From the NCBI GenBank assembly GCA_951406725.2, contig OX597836.1:19654001-19718000 (forward strand): a DNA stretch of 64,000 nucleotides, written 5' to 3'. The DNA comes from Octopus vulgaris. Taxonomy: Eukaryota. Position 1 is the first letter of the stretch; each line of letters begins with the position of its first letter. Both the position numbers and the translations under genes were made by a program. Positions 10,961 to 24,801 of this stretch are shown in pieces. The notes under the pieces are model-generated. The model had not been told where the DNA came from. It made no database searches and saw nothing but the letters and a program-made list of their open reading frames with translations.

Positions 10961-13776
10961 GGATATTGGTCAACCCGAGGGTATTGTAGCAAACACTCAC
11001 CCAAGGTTCCTCACAGTAGGATGGAACACAAAACCACATCTCAATCATATAGCTGTGCCTGTGTCTCAAACATAGAAAAAACACATTTGATAATGAAGAC
11101 CTTTCAATATATTTCTGAAAAGATGAGATGGTCATGGCTAGAATGCCACTGATTATAAACCCACTTGATCCAGAACTAAATGGTATGTAATGAAGGTGTA
11201 TTATGTATCAATAACCACTCCCACAACATAACTCAGTGATTAATATTCTCTCAGAAATTATGGGCAACAACTCCAGCTACATTTTGATCTTATTCTAACC
11301 TCCTCAGTAAATACTTTGCCAATGTAATTATGACTAATTACAGCTCTGATATAAGCATGGAGGAATAAGTTATTAGGGTTAACTTTATTGCTTCATGCAT
11401 TTAAAAATACTGCATTTACTACAATTATAATATTGTATAAGAATAAATTTGGTGGGCAATGTTTGACTGTGGCTCAACAACAATTAATATAGTTGGTAAT
11501 TTGGTGATAGGGGAGGTGGAATGCAGGAAGGATTGACAGTATAATTAATTTTAACATAAAATTGCAGCTATGACATAAAAAAAAAAAGAAAAGTAGAAAA
11601 TTTTTTAAGAGTGATAACATGCCTATCCTCTCACTATTTTTATGCATTTAAGTCACCTTCCGCTATAGTTTTGTGTTTTTAAATATCTCTCGCTCATCAC
11701 TGTTCATTTGCTATACAGGTCAGTGTCCCAGTCAGCAGGAATAAAAATGCATATAGTGTCATACTGGTAATCTAATAAACCGCATGCTCACTTGGGTCAA
11801 GCAGCATTTGCTGAGGCAGATTTTCAATAGCCAGATGCCCTTTCCTGTCTCCAAATAAATTAATACATCCCTATGATCAGACAGGTTTTCAAGGAAGATT
11901 GGAAAATGAAGGACATCGCTTGCATGTCAGTAACACAAACATACAAACGTACATATGACAGGCTTCTTTCAGCCTTATGAATGAATTAGCTAAATGGAAA
12001 CTGAAAGAAGCTACACATATGCAAGACTTTTTTTTTTTAACAGAGGCTTGATTTTATTTTCATCAATGACCCATTCCTAGTAAAGAGGTCAGACAATTAT
12101 CTTCAATCCTACACCACACCTAAATATTGTCTGCAAAATAAACCAACAAAAAAGCTATTATAGAATTGGATGACCCAAATCTCCTCATATCATACCTTGG
12201 TGTCTTAAAGGAAATATACATTAGGGAATATAACCCCAGAAATATTGTCTCTACAAAAATTGGGTTGATCAGGTTTAACCCGTTAGTGTTCTGAGTATTC
12301 TATCAAATATAATGCTTATTGATTCACATTGATTTGAATTAATCGTGCATTATCTCATATCTTCAAGATCTTAATGGTATAATTACCTAATGTAGAATAA
12401 CATTGTAGGGTAGGTGTGAGAGCCTGGATCTGGTCAGTTTGAACATAAAACAGATTAAATATTTTGGCTGGATATGGCCGGTTTAAATATTAAAGGGTTA
12501 AACTTGGCACAGACAACAACTATCTGCACACCAACAGAAAAAAAACACAGATTTTACCCCCAAAATAACTAGCCCACTTAGTACTAGATTTTAAGTAGAC
12601 GAATTAAAATCAGTCAGTTAACATTTTTGCTACAGTTAAGGAAGATTTGGCTGTTATTTCTTGTAAATCAAGCAACCATTTAGATATGCAGTCTGGGAGT
12701 GCACAATGGTAGTTCTGTGATGTCCATGAGCCAAGTTCAAAATGACCATCATTTTACATCTATTTTTTCTCCTGTATTTTTACAAGTCAGCTAGGTTTTG
12801 GGATTTTTTTCTTCAGCATAGCATCTCACTGTCACCAGTCATCTCCTCGACAAAGTTTTATTATCTACTAACCTGTCATCGTCCACACAATATCTCATTC
12901 TTTTTTTCCCCAAGTTTTCTTTCCCCATATTTGTGGTTTGTTGCTTGCATGCACTAATATTGGTTTCCAAGTTTGGCACAAGGCCAGCAGTTTTAAGGGA
13001 AGGGGAAAATCAATTACATTAACCGCAGTGCACAACTGGTACTTACTGTAAAAAGCCATGTAATTTGCACAGGTGATTTTCAGGATAAAATTTGTTAAAA
13101 AAAAAAAAAAAAAAAAAGCTTCTACTCATGTAAAATTTGCACCTAAGAGTTTTCAAAATTGCTGATATAGCCAGGAAAAAAAGGGTTGCAATTTAGTTGT
13201 ATTTAGTATAATTTCACTTATAATTTCTGTTTAACAGGTATCACATTGAAAGCTATTAAATTACAAAGCATTTGTGTTGTTTATCATAAACTTTATTTTA
13301 TATTTCTTGCCCACAAGAGATTATGATAAGCACTCCCAGATTGCATGTCTAAATGGTTACTCAATTTACAAGAAATAACAGCCAAATCTTCCTTAACTGT
13401 TTTAGCATCCAGATTACTGTCAAATTCACATTGTTTTGAATTAATCAGGCATCGTCTCATAGATTTGAGATTTCAATGATGTGGTTACTTTTAAAAGGGC
13501 ACTGCAGGGCAGGTGCGAGAGGTCAGATCTGGCCATTATGATAAATTTAAAGGCTTGTCTCTACTGAACTAACACTGCCTTTAATGAATTTATTAAAATA
13601 ACTCATTATTAAGTTGGTGATTATTCCGATGAAGTCAAGATTGCCATTTATGCTTTTGGGGTCAATGGAATTCGTATCAATTGAGTGCTGGAGTCAATGT
13701 AACTGACTATCCTCACCCAAATTTCAGATCCTGTGTCTATAGTAGAAAGGAATTGTTAAGCTTGGAATAACTTTAA

Positions 13777-13998
13777 CCCTTTAGTGTTCGCATTATTCTT
13801 CCAAAGTTAATCCTTTTTTATCCACATTGTTTTGAACTAATCATTCATTAATCTTGTAGCTATGAGATTTTGATGAGGTAGCTGTTAATTTTTAAAACGA
13901 TATTGTAGGGTTAGTGTGAGAGACCAGATATGGCCAGTTTGAACATAAAACAGGCAGAATACTTCTGGCCAGACATGGCCGGTTTAAATGCTAAAGGG
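13777..13998. mobile_element. piggyBac-type MITE family A
   Basis: TTAA TSDs, CCCTTTAG/CTAAAGGG ends, near-identical to 2124-2345. Confidence 0.9.
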
Positions 13999-15754
13999 TT
14001 AAAACAGAATTTGTATCATAGAACTAGGGGTGATCTCAGGTTGGTTGATAATAAAAGGGTTAAATCATACTTTTCCATCTTAAAAGCTACACTGGAGGAG
14101 ATAAATCCAAGGTACACATTACTGAAAATGTCACATATTTTTGATCAAAAGGTTTACTCAGTCAGCACGAACTTGAAGCTAAACAACAATTAAATTAATG
14201 CTTTGAACATACATAAGAAGAATGTACTTGTATGTGAATGTATACAAATACATAGATATATAAATTTGTTTATATAAACACAGATGGTTGCACACAAAAA
14301 ATGCTCTTGAATTTATAATACACGCTCCAGGGGAAGGACAGCAAGATGGAGGCACATCTGTGAGTAAATGTGGTGAAATGACTCAGGTGGGAATCAATTT
14401 GCAGTGTGGTGGGGGGGTTGTGGTTTGATGGCGTTACCATTGTGGTAATCTCACACAAAGGTTGGAGTACATGTATTCAATGCCTGGATACAAACTGATT
14501 ATAGCTACAGTTATACCACAAAAAAAAAGGCTGAATATATTCAGTTGTGAAAGGCATGAATGTTCACACATTCACCTGCCCACACGAACACTGACACACA
14601 TAATCGTAGATACACGCCTTTTTTTTTTTTAATCTTTTACTAGTTTCAGTCATTTGACTGTGGCCATGCTGAGGCACTAAATTTTGTATATACGATTTTT
14701 CAAATATATACATCAAAAGGTTTATACTTGTGTATATTTAAAATGTTTTTATATAAACATAAACATTAAAAAAAGTATATGACCAAAGTCTTGAGAGGAT
14801 TTGGTAGACAGACATGGAAAAAAAAAACACCCCTTCTCTCTCTAGGTGTGGCCGTGTGGTAAGAAGTTTGCTTCCCAACCATATGGTTCCAGGTTCAGTC
14901 TCACTGCCTGGCACCTTGAGCAAGTGTCTTCTACTATAGCCTCAGTCTGACCAAAGCTTTGTGAGTGCATTTAGTAGAGGGAAATTGAAAGAAGCCCATC
15001 ATACATGTGGCTTTGTGTTTGTCACTCAACACCACTCGACATTTGGTGTTGGTGTGTTTACATCCCCGTAACTTAGTTGTTTGGCAAAAGGAAACAAAAA
15101 AGTCTTTAAAAAAAAGTACTGGGGTCGTTTTGTTTGACTAAAAATTCTCCCAGCATGGATGCAATCTAATGACTGAAACAAAACTATAAAAAATACACAC
15201 ACACAGGTCTCCCATTGTATGATGGTGACTCACAGCTATCATATGCTGTCAAGACAAGCAGTGTCTATTTCTAATCTTCTGAGAAAACATGTTCAACCAT
15301 GGGAAAATACTGCCTTGCTTGGAAAGTAGCGATGGCTGGCAACAGAAAACCTGCCCCAAAGAATTTCACCTGACCCATACAAGCACAGAAAAGAGTACAT
15401 TAAAATGATTACACACACAAATACAGAGTAATCCTTAATTTTCAAGTAACATTGACATTACTTGAAAAGTATGACAGAAACGCCATTCAGCTGTAATGAA
15501 AAATAAAAGTGCCTCAATAATGTACTCATCTAACCCATGATAACATAGAAAAGAAAAGTAAAAAGTGTGGCTGTGTGGTAAGAAGCTTGCTTCTCAACCA
15601 CATTGTCCCAAATTCAGTCTTGCTACAAGGTACTTTAGGCATGTGTCTTCTACCATGGCCTTGGGCCAACTAAATCCTTGAGTGGATTTGGTAGATGGAA
15701 ATTGAAAGAAGCCCTTCATGTATAGTATAGAGTGAGTGTATGTGTATCTCAGGT

Positions 15755-16460
15755 GTATCTTGGGAGTCAAGTGGGAAGGTTTCATACCAGATACAGAAGT
15801 TTTGCACATGGTATTGAACAACATGTAATCTTGGCTCAAATGAGATGGGCTGGATATGTTATTGGAACGAAAGATGAGCGATTGTCAAAGTTTTCTCTTA
15901 TGGTGAGCTCAGCTCTGGTAACCGACCACAACATAAGCTGAGGAAAAGGTATAAAGACTATGTGAAAGAAAACCTGAAGAAACTAGATATGAACAAAAGT
16001 GATTGGGAAACTGATGTTCTGGATCGGAACAAGTGGAGAGGTGCTGTTCGGACTGGCCACAATGCATGGGAGGAAAAGCAGCATTCTGAGCTTAAAAGGG
16101 GCCTGTTGCAAAAGAACAATTGGAACTGAAATCAACTGTGAACATTGGATATCTATTATGTGTGATCATGTCCTGTTGTCAAAAGCAGGATATGTGAATT
16201 ATATGAAGTCACATGAAAATCTAAATGCCCAGGATAGTAGTAACCTTGAACTCCGACCGCCTCTAACGACTTGTGTCATATGTCACGAAACTCATAAGAT
16301 AATATCTGGACTTAAAAGTCACCTGCTAGTTCACCAAAACATTCCTTCAAAATCAGATTTCAAAAGGCACAGATATAGAAGAAACTTGAATGATATCTGT
16401 CACTTGTGTTTCAAACCCCCGTTAGTCAGCAGTTGGTCCTTAAATGTCATCTGAGTGATC
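15755..16460 (+). mobile_element. Degenerate RTE/BovB-like LINE C-terminus with C2H2 fingers
   Basis: Frameshifted LRCILGVKW..., MRWAGYV, RKRYKD..K.NLK, DRNKWR, then CDHVLLSKAGYVNYMKSH and CVICHETHKIISGLKSHLLVH. Confidence 0.75.
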
Positions 16461-17009
16461 ATTAATGGAGGGATCGTACTGTGATAGGGTATGGTGTGTG
16501 TGTGTGTGTGTTGATGGGACAGCTATCATCATCATATATATGCATCTTATCAGTCATAAGACAAGTGCTTTCGTTGCCATGAGTTGTTTTGACTCTTATT
16601 TCTAGCAATGCTTGTGCTGACTAGTACCCTTAGTCACTTTACTGATTTTTGTCTTTTGGTTGTAAATAAGTCACCTGTATTATTTATATACACACACACA
16701 CACATCTGTGTGTCTTAGTGTCTGTGTTTTCCCACCACCACCTGCTTGACAACCGGTGTCAGTGTGGTTACATCCCTTAATGATTCAGCAAAAGGGAGCA
16801 ATAGAATAAGTACCAGGCTTTCAAAAAAAAAGAAGTAATGGGGTTGATTCATTCAACTAAAGTACCTGAAAGCAGTGCCCCAGCATGGCCACAGGCTAAT
16901 AACTGAAACAAGTAAAAAGAAAAAAAAAAGATAAACTCAAAGAAAATACCGTGATTAATTCCATACTCTTTGTTAAATACTGAGTACTCCTATTCTATAT
17001 TTTTGGGAT

Positions 17010-19130
17010 GATGAATTATGCACATTATTTACAATGGACAGATTAGGTGTCCTCCTCTTGTTATCACAATGTACTCTCCAGCCTTCATCAGGTGTTTTGG
17101 TGGAATTTCGAACTCAACCCTTTATTTGACTAATGGGGTACACTGTTCTCATTCCTAAGATATGGTGCTGATGTTATTTTTCTGTTGATATTTTTTAAGT
17201 CCTCTGCTTGGGATGGAACTCAGAATCCAAGGGTTAGTAGCCTGCTCTCTTATCCATTATCATCATCGTTTAACGTCCGTTTTCCATGCTAGCACGGGTT
17301 GGACGGTTCGACCGGGATCTGGGTAGCCAGGAGGCTGCACCAGGCTCTGGTCTTATCTGGCAATGTTTCTACAGCTCGATGCCCTTCCTAACACCAACCA
17401 CTCCGTGAGTGTAGTGGGTGCCTATATTTTGTATATTTTCTGAGAGGCCTTTGACATACGGTAGACAGACTATGGTCAGTTTATGGTAGGGGCAGGGAAA
17501 CTTTTTAGTGTGGCAGGCAAAAATTTACAAAGGAAAAGGTATGCGGGCATATTACAAATTCTAACTCATATCTGTATAGATCTTGTATATATCCATGTAT
17601 AATTCAATATACATTAATAAAGATAAGTTTAACACATTAAATTAATGCATAACATCTTCATTAATGCCGCCACTGAATTTAGGACATTTATATTACTTAT
17701 GAGGTACTCTATATTTTTCAGCTGCAGTGTAGTTGGGTCTCAAGGGGGTGGTACAAACCTAGAAATATGTGTTTTATAGTGAAAACAATATTTCCATTCA
17801 AATGGCAATTACTGAACGATTTTCTGTTCAAGTCTAACCGTTTTAAGTCATAGTGGAAATACGATCTATGTCGCAAATAGGCATATGAATATTGTATAAA
17901 TTTTATAATTGAGAAATTTACTACATTTTGTACATAGAAGTATATTAGCCTGTGGGCAAAATAAAATGGGCTCGCAGGTGCAATTGCACCCATGGGCGGG
18001 GGTTTCCCTACCCCTGGTTTATGGGTTTCATCCTCTCTTCCTAATTGGAGTGGATAGTATGTTCTTTGGCTAGTTGTTGCGTAGCTCATCTAGCCCATCT
18101 ATCAGGATCGGTACTTCTAGTCTTTTGCTTGATGTTTTAGGCACTGAGCAATCCCTCTCTCTATACTGCATGGAAGGTGGGAATTGAAATTCACAATGGA
18201 AAAGGACAATCAACAAATGGCATTCCTGAAAGTATTAATAACACGCACTGAGTGATGGGTTCAGGACAACTGTATACTACAAGCCAACCTTCACTGGACA
18301 ATACTTCAACATCAATTCTCACCACCTATACAGTATAAAGAGAGGGATTGCTCAGTGCCTAAAACATCCAGTAAAGACTATAAGTAGTGATCCTGATGCA
18401 CATCAGGAAGAAATGATCAGGCTAAGAGGCAATCTGCTATGCAACAACTACCCAGAGAACACACTAGCCACTTCATTTAGGAAGAAAAAAGAGGATGACA
18501 CCCATAAACTGAGCACTGTCTGTCTACCCTATGTCAAAGGCCTCTTGGAAAAGATACAAAATATATATGGTCCATATGACATCAGGACAGTATTCAGAAG
18601 TAATACAACACTTCGCAGATATCTTCTCTGAGTAAAACCACCCATAGATGAGAACATGACCAAAAGCTGTGTGTACTCTATCCCATGCAGTTGTGGTAGG
18701 CTATACAAAGGTGAGACATGCCGCCCCCTTAAAGTAAGGGTAGAGGAATATGGTAAAGCTGTGACAGTAGGGGATGTTGAAAAATCAGGTATAGATGATC
18801 ATGTATGGAAAAATGGAGTCCACCTCCTGCTGTGGGATGGGATGAAGTTAAAATAATTGACAGAGCACACCACTGGAAAATACGACAACTAAAAGAGGCT
18901 GCACATATGCTAGGTCACAATAACCTCCTAAGCAGACCTAGTGCAGATATGAATGTAATATGGGAACCGGTATTAAGAAAGGATAAAATACTAGGTTTAT
19001 AAGCCCTAAAATCCACTCTATGATTGCCCACAGGCATATAGCATAGTGGATAAGAGCATGGGCTACTAACCCTCGGATTCTAAGTTCAATCCCAGGCAGG
19101 AACACTGAGTACTCATTTTGTTTTACGACA
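17010..19130 (+). mobile_element. Decayed Penelope-like element with inverted partial copy
   Basis: 18180-18980 encodes broken RT thumb/linker (LPYVKGL..KI...RTVFRSNTTLR) and GIY-YIG (CVYSIPCSCGRLYKGETCRPLKVRVEE); 17420-18168 (minus a hAT insert) is the reverse complement of ~18330-18570; hammerhead core remnant at ~17075-17097. Confidence 0.85.
17487..18016. mobile_element. hAT-type non-autonomous DNA transposon
   Basis: TIRs TAGGGGCAGGGAAAC / GTTTCCCTACCCCTG, perfect 8 bp TSD GTTTATGG. Confidence 0.9.
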
Positions 19131-20151
19131 CTTACCCCACCCCACATCATCATACATACATTTCTTCACATCTGCCTCTTACGATCCATATCAACCTGCA
19201 CATACAAAGAAAACATGACTGGCTTTGCTGCTGTGTGCACAATTTTAGTTAACTTTGTTGCAGCAACTTGCACAGCAGGTCGCCCTACGATCCAAGGTAA
19301 GCACAGCAGGCCATCCTGCAATCAAAGGTACTTTGGATGGGGTCACTCACAACTTTACAACATGGGTTGGGCATATTCTATGTTGTGCATTGCATGATTA
19401 ACTTTATATATTTTTCTCTTGTCCTTTCAACTTGTTTCTGTCATTGGACTGCAGCCATGCTGGGGCACCACCACACAGGAAGGTTTTATTCAAACAAAAT
19501 CAACTTCAGTTTCTGATGCCAAGAATTTCTGCATAGCAAGTGCATTCATAAGGCACCGACTGGTCCGTCACTACAGCAGAAAAAAAAACTTAGGCATGGT
19601 GACCTGTACTGGGACCAAACATGAAATCATGTGCAGACTTAACCACACATTCACACCTGAACCCACACACACACATATTTCATGCATAATTAATATACTT
19701 CAGAGTATGTACTGATTTAGCAAGTGATATGATTCGAGGCCATGTATAGAAACTGAAACAATAACACGAAAGAAGAGCCATTCCAACCATTTAAGAACAA
19801 ATGAACACAAACTGTTGTATTCAATTTTTTGTTTAATTCTTAATAAGCCCGTCTATTACGAAGTACCAATCTACCTTCACAGTGATGTGACCGAGCCACT
19901 GACACGAATTCCACATGTACACACACTTGCGTAAGTAATTCATGATTTCAGTTACTGGACTATGACCATGCTGGAGCATGGTGTTAATAAATTTATAGTT
20001 AATAACATCAACCTGGGTTTTCAGTTTGGTGCTAATCTGGCCCGTCTATTAAATGACAAGCAAGGATACTTTTCTACATTAATGGATGTCACTTACTCTT
20101 AGATATCAACACATCTATCTATCTGTATGCACTTCTCTCCCTCTCTCATAT

Positions 20152-20472
20152 TATCATCATCATCGTTTAACGTCCGTTCTCCATGGGTTGGACGGTTCGA
20201 CCGGGGATCTGGGAAGCCAGAAGGCTGCACCAGGCACCGGTCTTATTTGGCAGTGTTTCTACAGCTGGATGCCCTTCCTAACGCCAACCACTCCGTGAGT
20301 GTAGTGGGTGCTTTTTACGTGCCACCTGCACTGGTGCCAGGCAAGGCTGGCATCGACCACGGTCGGATTGGTGCATTTTACGTGCCACCTGCACAGAAGC
20401 CAGTCGAGGCGGCACTGGCTTCGGCCACGATTCGGATGGTGCTTTTTACGTGCCACCGACACGGAAGCCAGT
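20152..20472 (-). mobile_element. RTE-like LINE 3' end (three repeat units)
   Basis: Same tail and units as 1071-1530. Shorter copies at ~17259-17421, 21817-22027, 41205-41305, 56411-56635, 57781-58068, 61140-61275. Confidence 0.85.
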
Positions 20473-21769
20473 CTGTATGTTTATCTTTCGAGCATATTAG
20501 CCAACCTAGCTAGCCATCTGGGTGGAATCATTCGAAAACTAAAAACAATTAAGTGTATTCTTTTCTACTATAGGCACAAGGCCTGAAATTTTGGGGGAGA
20601 GGAGGGGGTATAGGCAGTCGATTAGAATGACCCCAGTATGCAACTGGTACTTAATTTATAAACCCTGAAAGGACGAAAGGCAAAGTCGACCTTGGTGGAA
20701 TTTGAACTCAGAACATAAAGACAGATGGAATATACTGCTAAGCATTTTGCCTGACGCGCTAACGATTCTGCCAGCTCACCACCCTAAGTCAATCATTGTG
20801 ACCAGTGGTGCATAACATCTAATAGTTTGGTCAATACCATGATTATATACATCACAAACATAATTGCCAAGACATACAAGGAAACTAGCATCTCCACATA
20901 CAATGACTATATATAAAGTATATATAAGAGAAAAGAACATGGGCATAACTAGGTACTCCTTCATTCCAGTTGTTATATGTGTTTCAGTATTCAGTAATAC
21001 ATAAACATATATAACAACCGGAATAAAGGAATACCAAGTTATGGCCATAATCTTTGCTCTTTGTATACATCATAACCCATCATCAGATACGGAGAACTTT
21101 TGTGTACAAGCGATAGGGGGGTGGGGGTGAATGCAATTAACATTAGAGCTGAAACCTATCTGGTTTAATTGTCATGCATTGAGTGCATTTTATCATATCT
21201 ATAATATGGTTGTGTGGTTGAAGAGTTTGCTTCCTAACCATGTACTTTCAGTTTCACTTCTGCTGTGTGGTAACTTTGGGCAAGTATCTTCTTGGACTGA
21301 CCCAAGTCAGTGAGTGGATTTGATGTACAGAAACTGAAAGAAGACAGTTGCATGTGTCCATGTGTTTGAGTTTACATCTGCAGTCATTTGCCTGAAAATG
21401 TGGTGGGCATATTTTGTTACTTCCCTCTTGTCAGCAAATCACTCAGCTAGTTTTTGCTTCTCCCAAATGGAATAAGCAATTCCTTAATTAAAAATCAGGT
21501 AAGGTATCTGGTTTTAAAACAATGCTTCAAATTTGTTTAACTTAATGGAGAACAGACTAAATGAACAGCTATGAAGAATTGAACCCCAAACCTCTCAGAT
21601 ACTGGCTGTGTACTCTAATTCTCTGTAGCTACCTGCCAGCAACTTTTACACATCTTTTAAGAGTAAATATCCCATCTTTCTTAGTTGTTTAAACAGCTAT
21701 ACTGTTTGAAATTTACTTTGTAAAATACCAACACACTCAGTGCTTATAAAATGTGTGAGTGTGTGCGTG

Positions 21770-21815
<46 letters not shown>

Positions 21816-23447
21816 ATCATCATCATTTAGCATCCACTTTCCATGCTGGCATGGGTTGGACGGGCAACTGGGGTCTGGGGGGGCCAGAAGGCTGCACCAG
21901 GCCCAGTCTGATCTGGCAATGTTTCTACGGCTGGATGCTCTTCCTAACGCCAACCACTCCGAGAGTGTAGTGGGTGCTTTTTACGTGCCAGACGGGGCTG
22001 GCAAACGGCCACGATCAGATGGTGCTTGCCAAGCTTCCATATAGTTTCCTTTATCCAAAATATTCAGAGATTGCATAATCATCCATGGGTTGGATAGTTT
22101 GACAGGATTCGGTGAACCATAGCGCTGCATATCAGCTTTGGCATGCTTTCTATGGTTGGATGCCTTTTTTGAATGCTATAGTAGATGGTAACCCATGTAT
22201 GGGAGATTGAACTAGGGACTACATAAACGTGAAGCAAACTTCTCAACTGGTGTTGTACTGATTCCATAAGGATCAGTAACAACAGTATTAGGCTGTAAAA
22301 CACTGCCTCAGTAATATCTAACCCCTGCTAGCATGGAGAAACAGACATAAAACCCAATCAACACATGCACACACATTTTTGTAATATTATATGCACGTAA
22401 TTATAGGATTAGAGCTAAATATCATGTATATTTAATTTTATCAGTTATACACTTACTATTATTTTAAGATATTAATTTCATATTTCGATAACTCATTTTT
22501 TTTTTATTAAACCAAGTTAGTTCTTGTAACTTTTATCTCTTAATTTAAAGATTTATTCATATCGAATGCGCTTCCTTTCTGCAGCTTCTGCAGTGACACG
22601 TGCACCACAGACAGACAAACTAGCAACAAAAAAAAAAAAAAAAAGAAAAATAATCACAAAGAGAAGATTTGCTTCAAGTGGTAATTAACGCCAGCTGTAA
22701 ACACAATGTAAGGAATAAATGACATAATTTAATCTTGGCTTCTGTAAGGCTTACACCATTAGTGTCAACAACAACAACAACAACAGTGGGCTATTACTAC
22801 TGATATAATAATAGTACACACTGGTGTCAGCTACACTGCCACACCACTGCTATTATACCACAAGACCCGCTATTTAGAAATAAGATTATCATGGATTACA
22901 GATACTAAGTTGTTGACAGTGTGTTGTTTAGCCCCAGGTCAGGCCTGATCGAAAACAAGGCATATCATCTAAAAGCATCCCCAGCTACAACAAACTTAGC
23001 ATTTTTGATTTATTTTGTCAGTCAGTGTACCTAAGACTACATTTTTCTAACCATATCCTTACTTTATTTTTGTGATGGTTGGGTGTGATGAGGGAGATTT
23101 GGTTGCGATTTCTAACAAGTCATGCTAACACAGTAGAGGGTGCCTTGTCTAAACATCAAGTTGTTTATGCCTAAGTCGGATTAAATGTGTTCCTGCCACG
23201 ACCCATCCACCTGCATTTTTTCAGGATATCCAAGACAATTTTTATGAAGACAAGCAACCACCTATTGACATGGTCACTCAACTTGCTAAAAACAACACAA
23301 CCATCTCATCTTTGGAGACTACGTTACCTGATGGTAGGTTATGATGAAGAGGATTTTGCTGCTATTTCTAGCACTTTGAGCAACTACAATAGAGATGGTT
23401 TCAGTCACTGTATCACTAGTTAAGTGTCAAAGGTCATTAGACTATGG

Positions 23448-23538
23448 CAGTGCTTTTCAACTTTTTTGCTGGAGCGGAACCCCTGGACTGTACTGGTGTA
23501 ACCCTAAGGTTCCGCGGAACCCTGGTTGAAAACCACTG
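23448..23538. mobile_element. 91 bp hAT (Charlie-like) MITE
   Basis: TIRs CAGTGCTTTTCAAC / GTTGAAAACCACTG; 8 bp TSD GACTATGG / GACAATGG. Confidence 0.85.
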
Positions 23539-24606
23539 GACAATGGTGATGCTGAATCACCACCTTTTTTCTATTTGTTTTTTTTTTTTTCATTGAACTG
23601 CTAGGTTACAGAGAAATAAACAAACCAACACCGGTTGTCAAGTACTAAAGGAGAGACAAGCTTCTTTCAGTTTCCATCTACCAAATTCACTCACAAGGAT
23701 TTAGGCAGGCCTGAGACAGTAGTAGAAGACACTTGTCCAAGGTGCTGTGCAATGGGAATGATGTGGTCGAGAAGAAAACTGATCACACAGCCATACCCGG
23801 CACCTATAGTAAGAAAAACAGGAAGACACAAATAATAATACACCCGTAAATCCAGATTGTATTGTACCATTAGTTGTACTACATTCATTTTAAATAATGT
23901 CCAGCCCAGCAGTTTTATGACCCAGACACACCTGTTGTTCGTCTATATTTATAGCCAACACCCAAATTCTCAAAATGTAAGCCAGTCATTCCACAACAGC
24001 TTTTGGTAACTGGTTTTTTTTTTTAAATGATCAAACTGTTACATCTAAAGCACAGCAGTGTGCACGGATGTGAAATGATTGGTCATTTTTTAAATGTGTA
24101 AGACAATGACATAACCGTCACTTTGGTTTTATGTGGGAGGATCATACTAGCAGAGACTTAAAGCTATAAAATACTCGAGTAACAAGACGGGTTTTACTTA
24201 CAACTCAAAAATACTATTAAACCTGCTTGAAATAAAAGCCAAATCTCTTTCAATTCACATCCTATTAGCTATTAACAATACAATTCTACACATGTGTATT
24301 CTTTTAGGTAGGGAAATCCTGACATTTTTATGTATTAATCTGATGCTATAATTAAAAATGACCTCTTAATAGTGAATTGTAGGGGAAACTGATTTAAACA
24401 AGGTCTTTTGTTCAGACAAAATATCTTACAATTGATGATTTAGCACCAGTAAACCTTTCAAAGAGTTTTTTTTAATGATTTGTTTGACCCTTTTGATACC
24501 AACCTGCCTGAGATTGCCTATGGTTTTATGAATTTAAGTTCCAGATACCAGCTTAATAATAATAATAAAATTCAGTTCTATATTAAAGAGATGAGGAATT
24601 ATGTAC

Positions 24607-24801
24607 ATTATTTACAATTGACGGATATTTGTCCTCATCTTGTTTGTTGTTAACACAATGTTTCGGCTGATATACCCTCCAGGCTTCATCAGGTGCCTTG
24701 GGGAAATGTTGACACCTGATGAAGGCTGGAGGAAATATCAGCTGAAATGTTGTGCTAACAACAAACAAGATGAGGACAAATATCCGTCAATTGTAAATAA
24801 T
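24607..24801. repeat. ~89 bp-arm inverted repeat carrying two decayed hammerhead motifs (PLE terminal repeat)
   Basis: Arms 24607-24695 / 24713-24801; each has CTGATGA-A-stem-GAAA; left arm homologous to 17010-17100 of the Penelope element. Confidence 0.8.

Noticed and set aside
15999-16454. Host C2H2 zinc-finger gene
   Set aside because: Contiguous with a frameshifted RTE LINE C-terminus.
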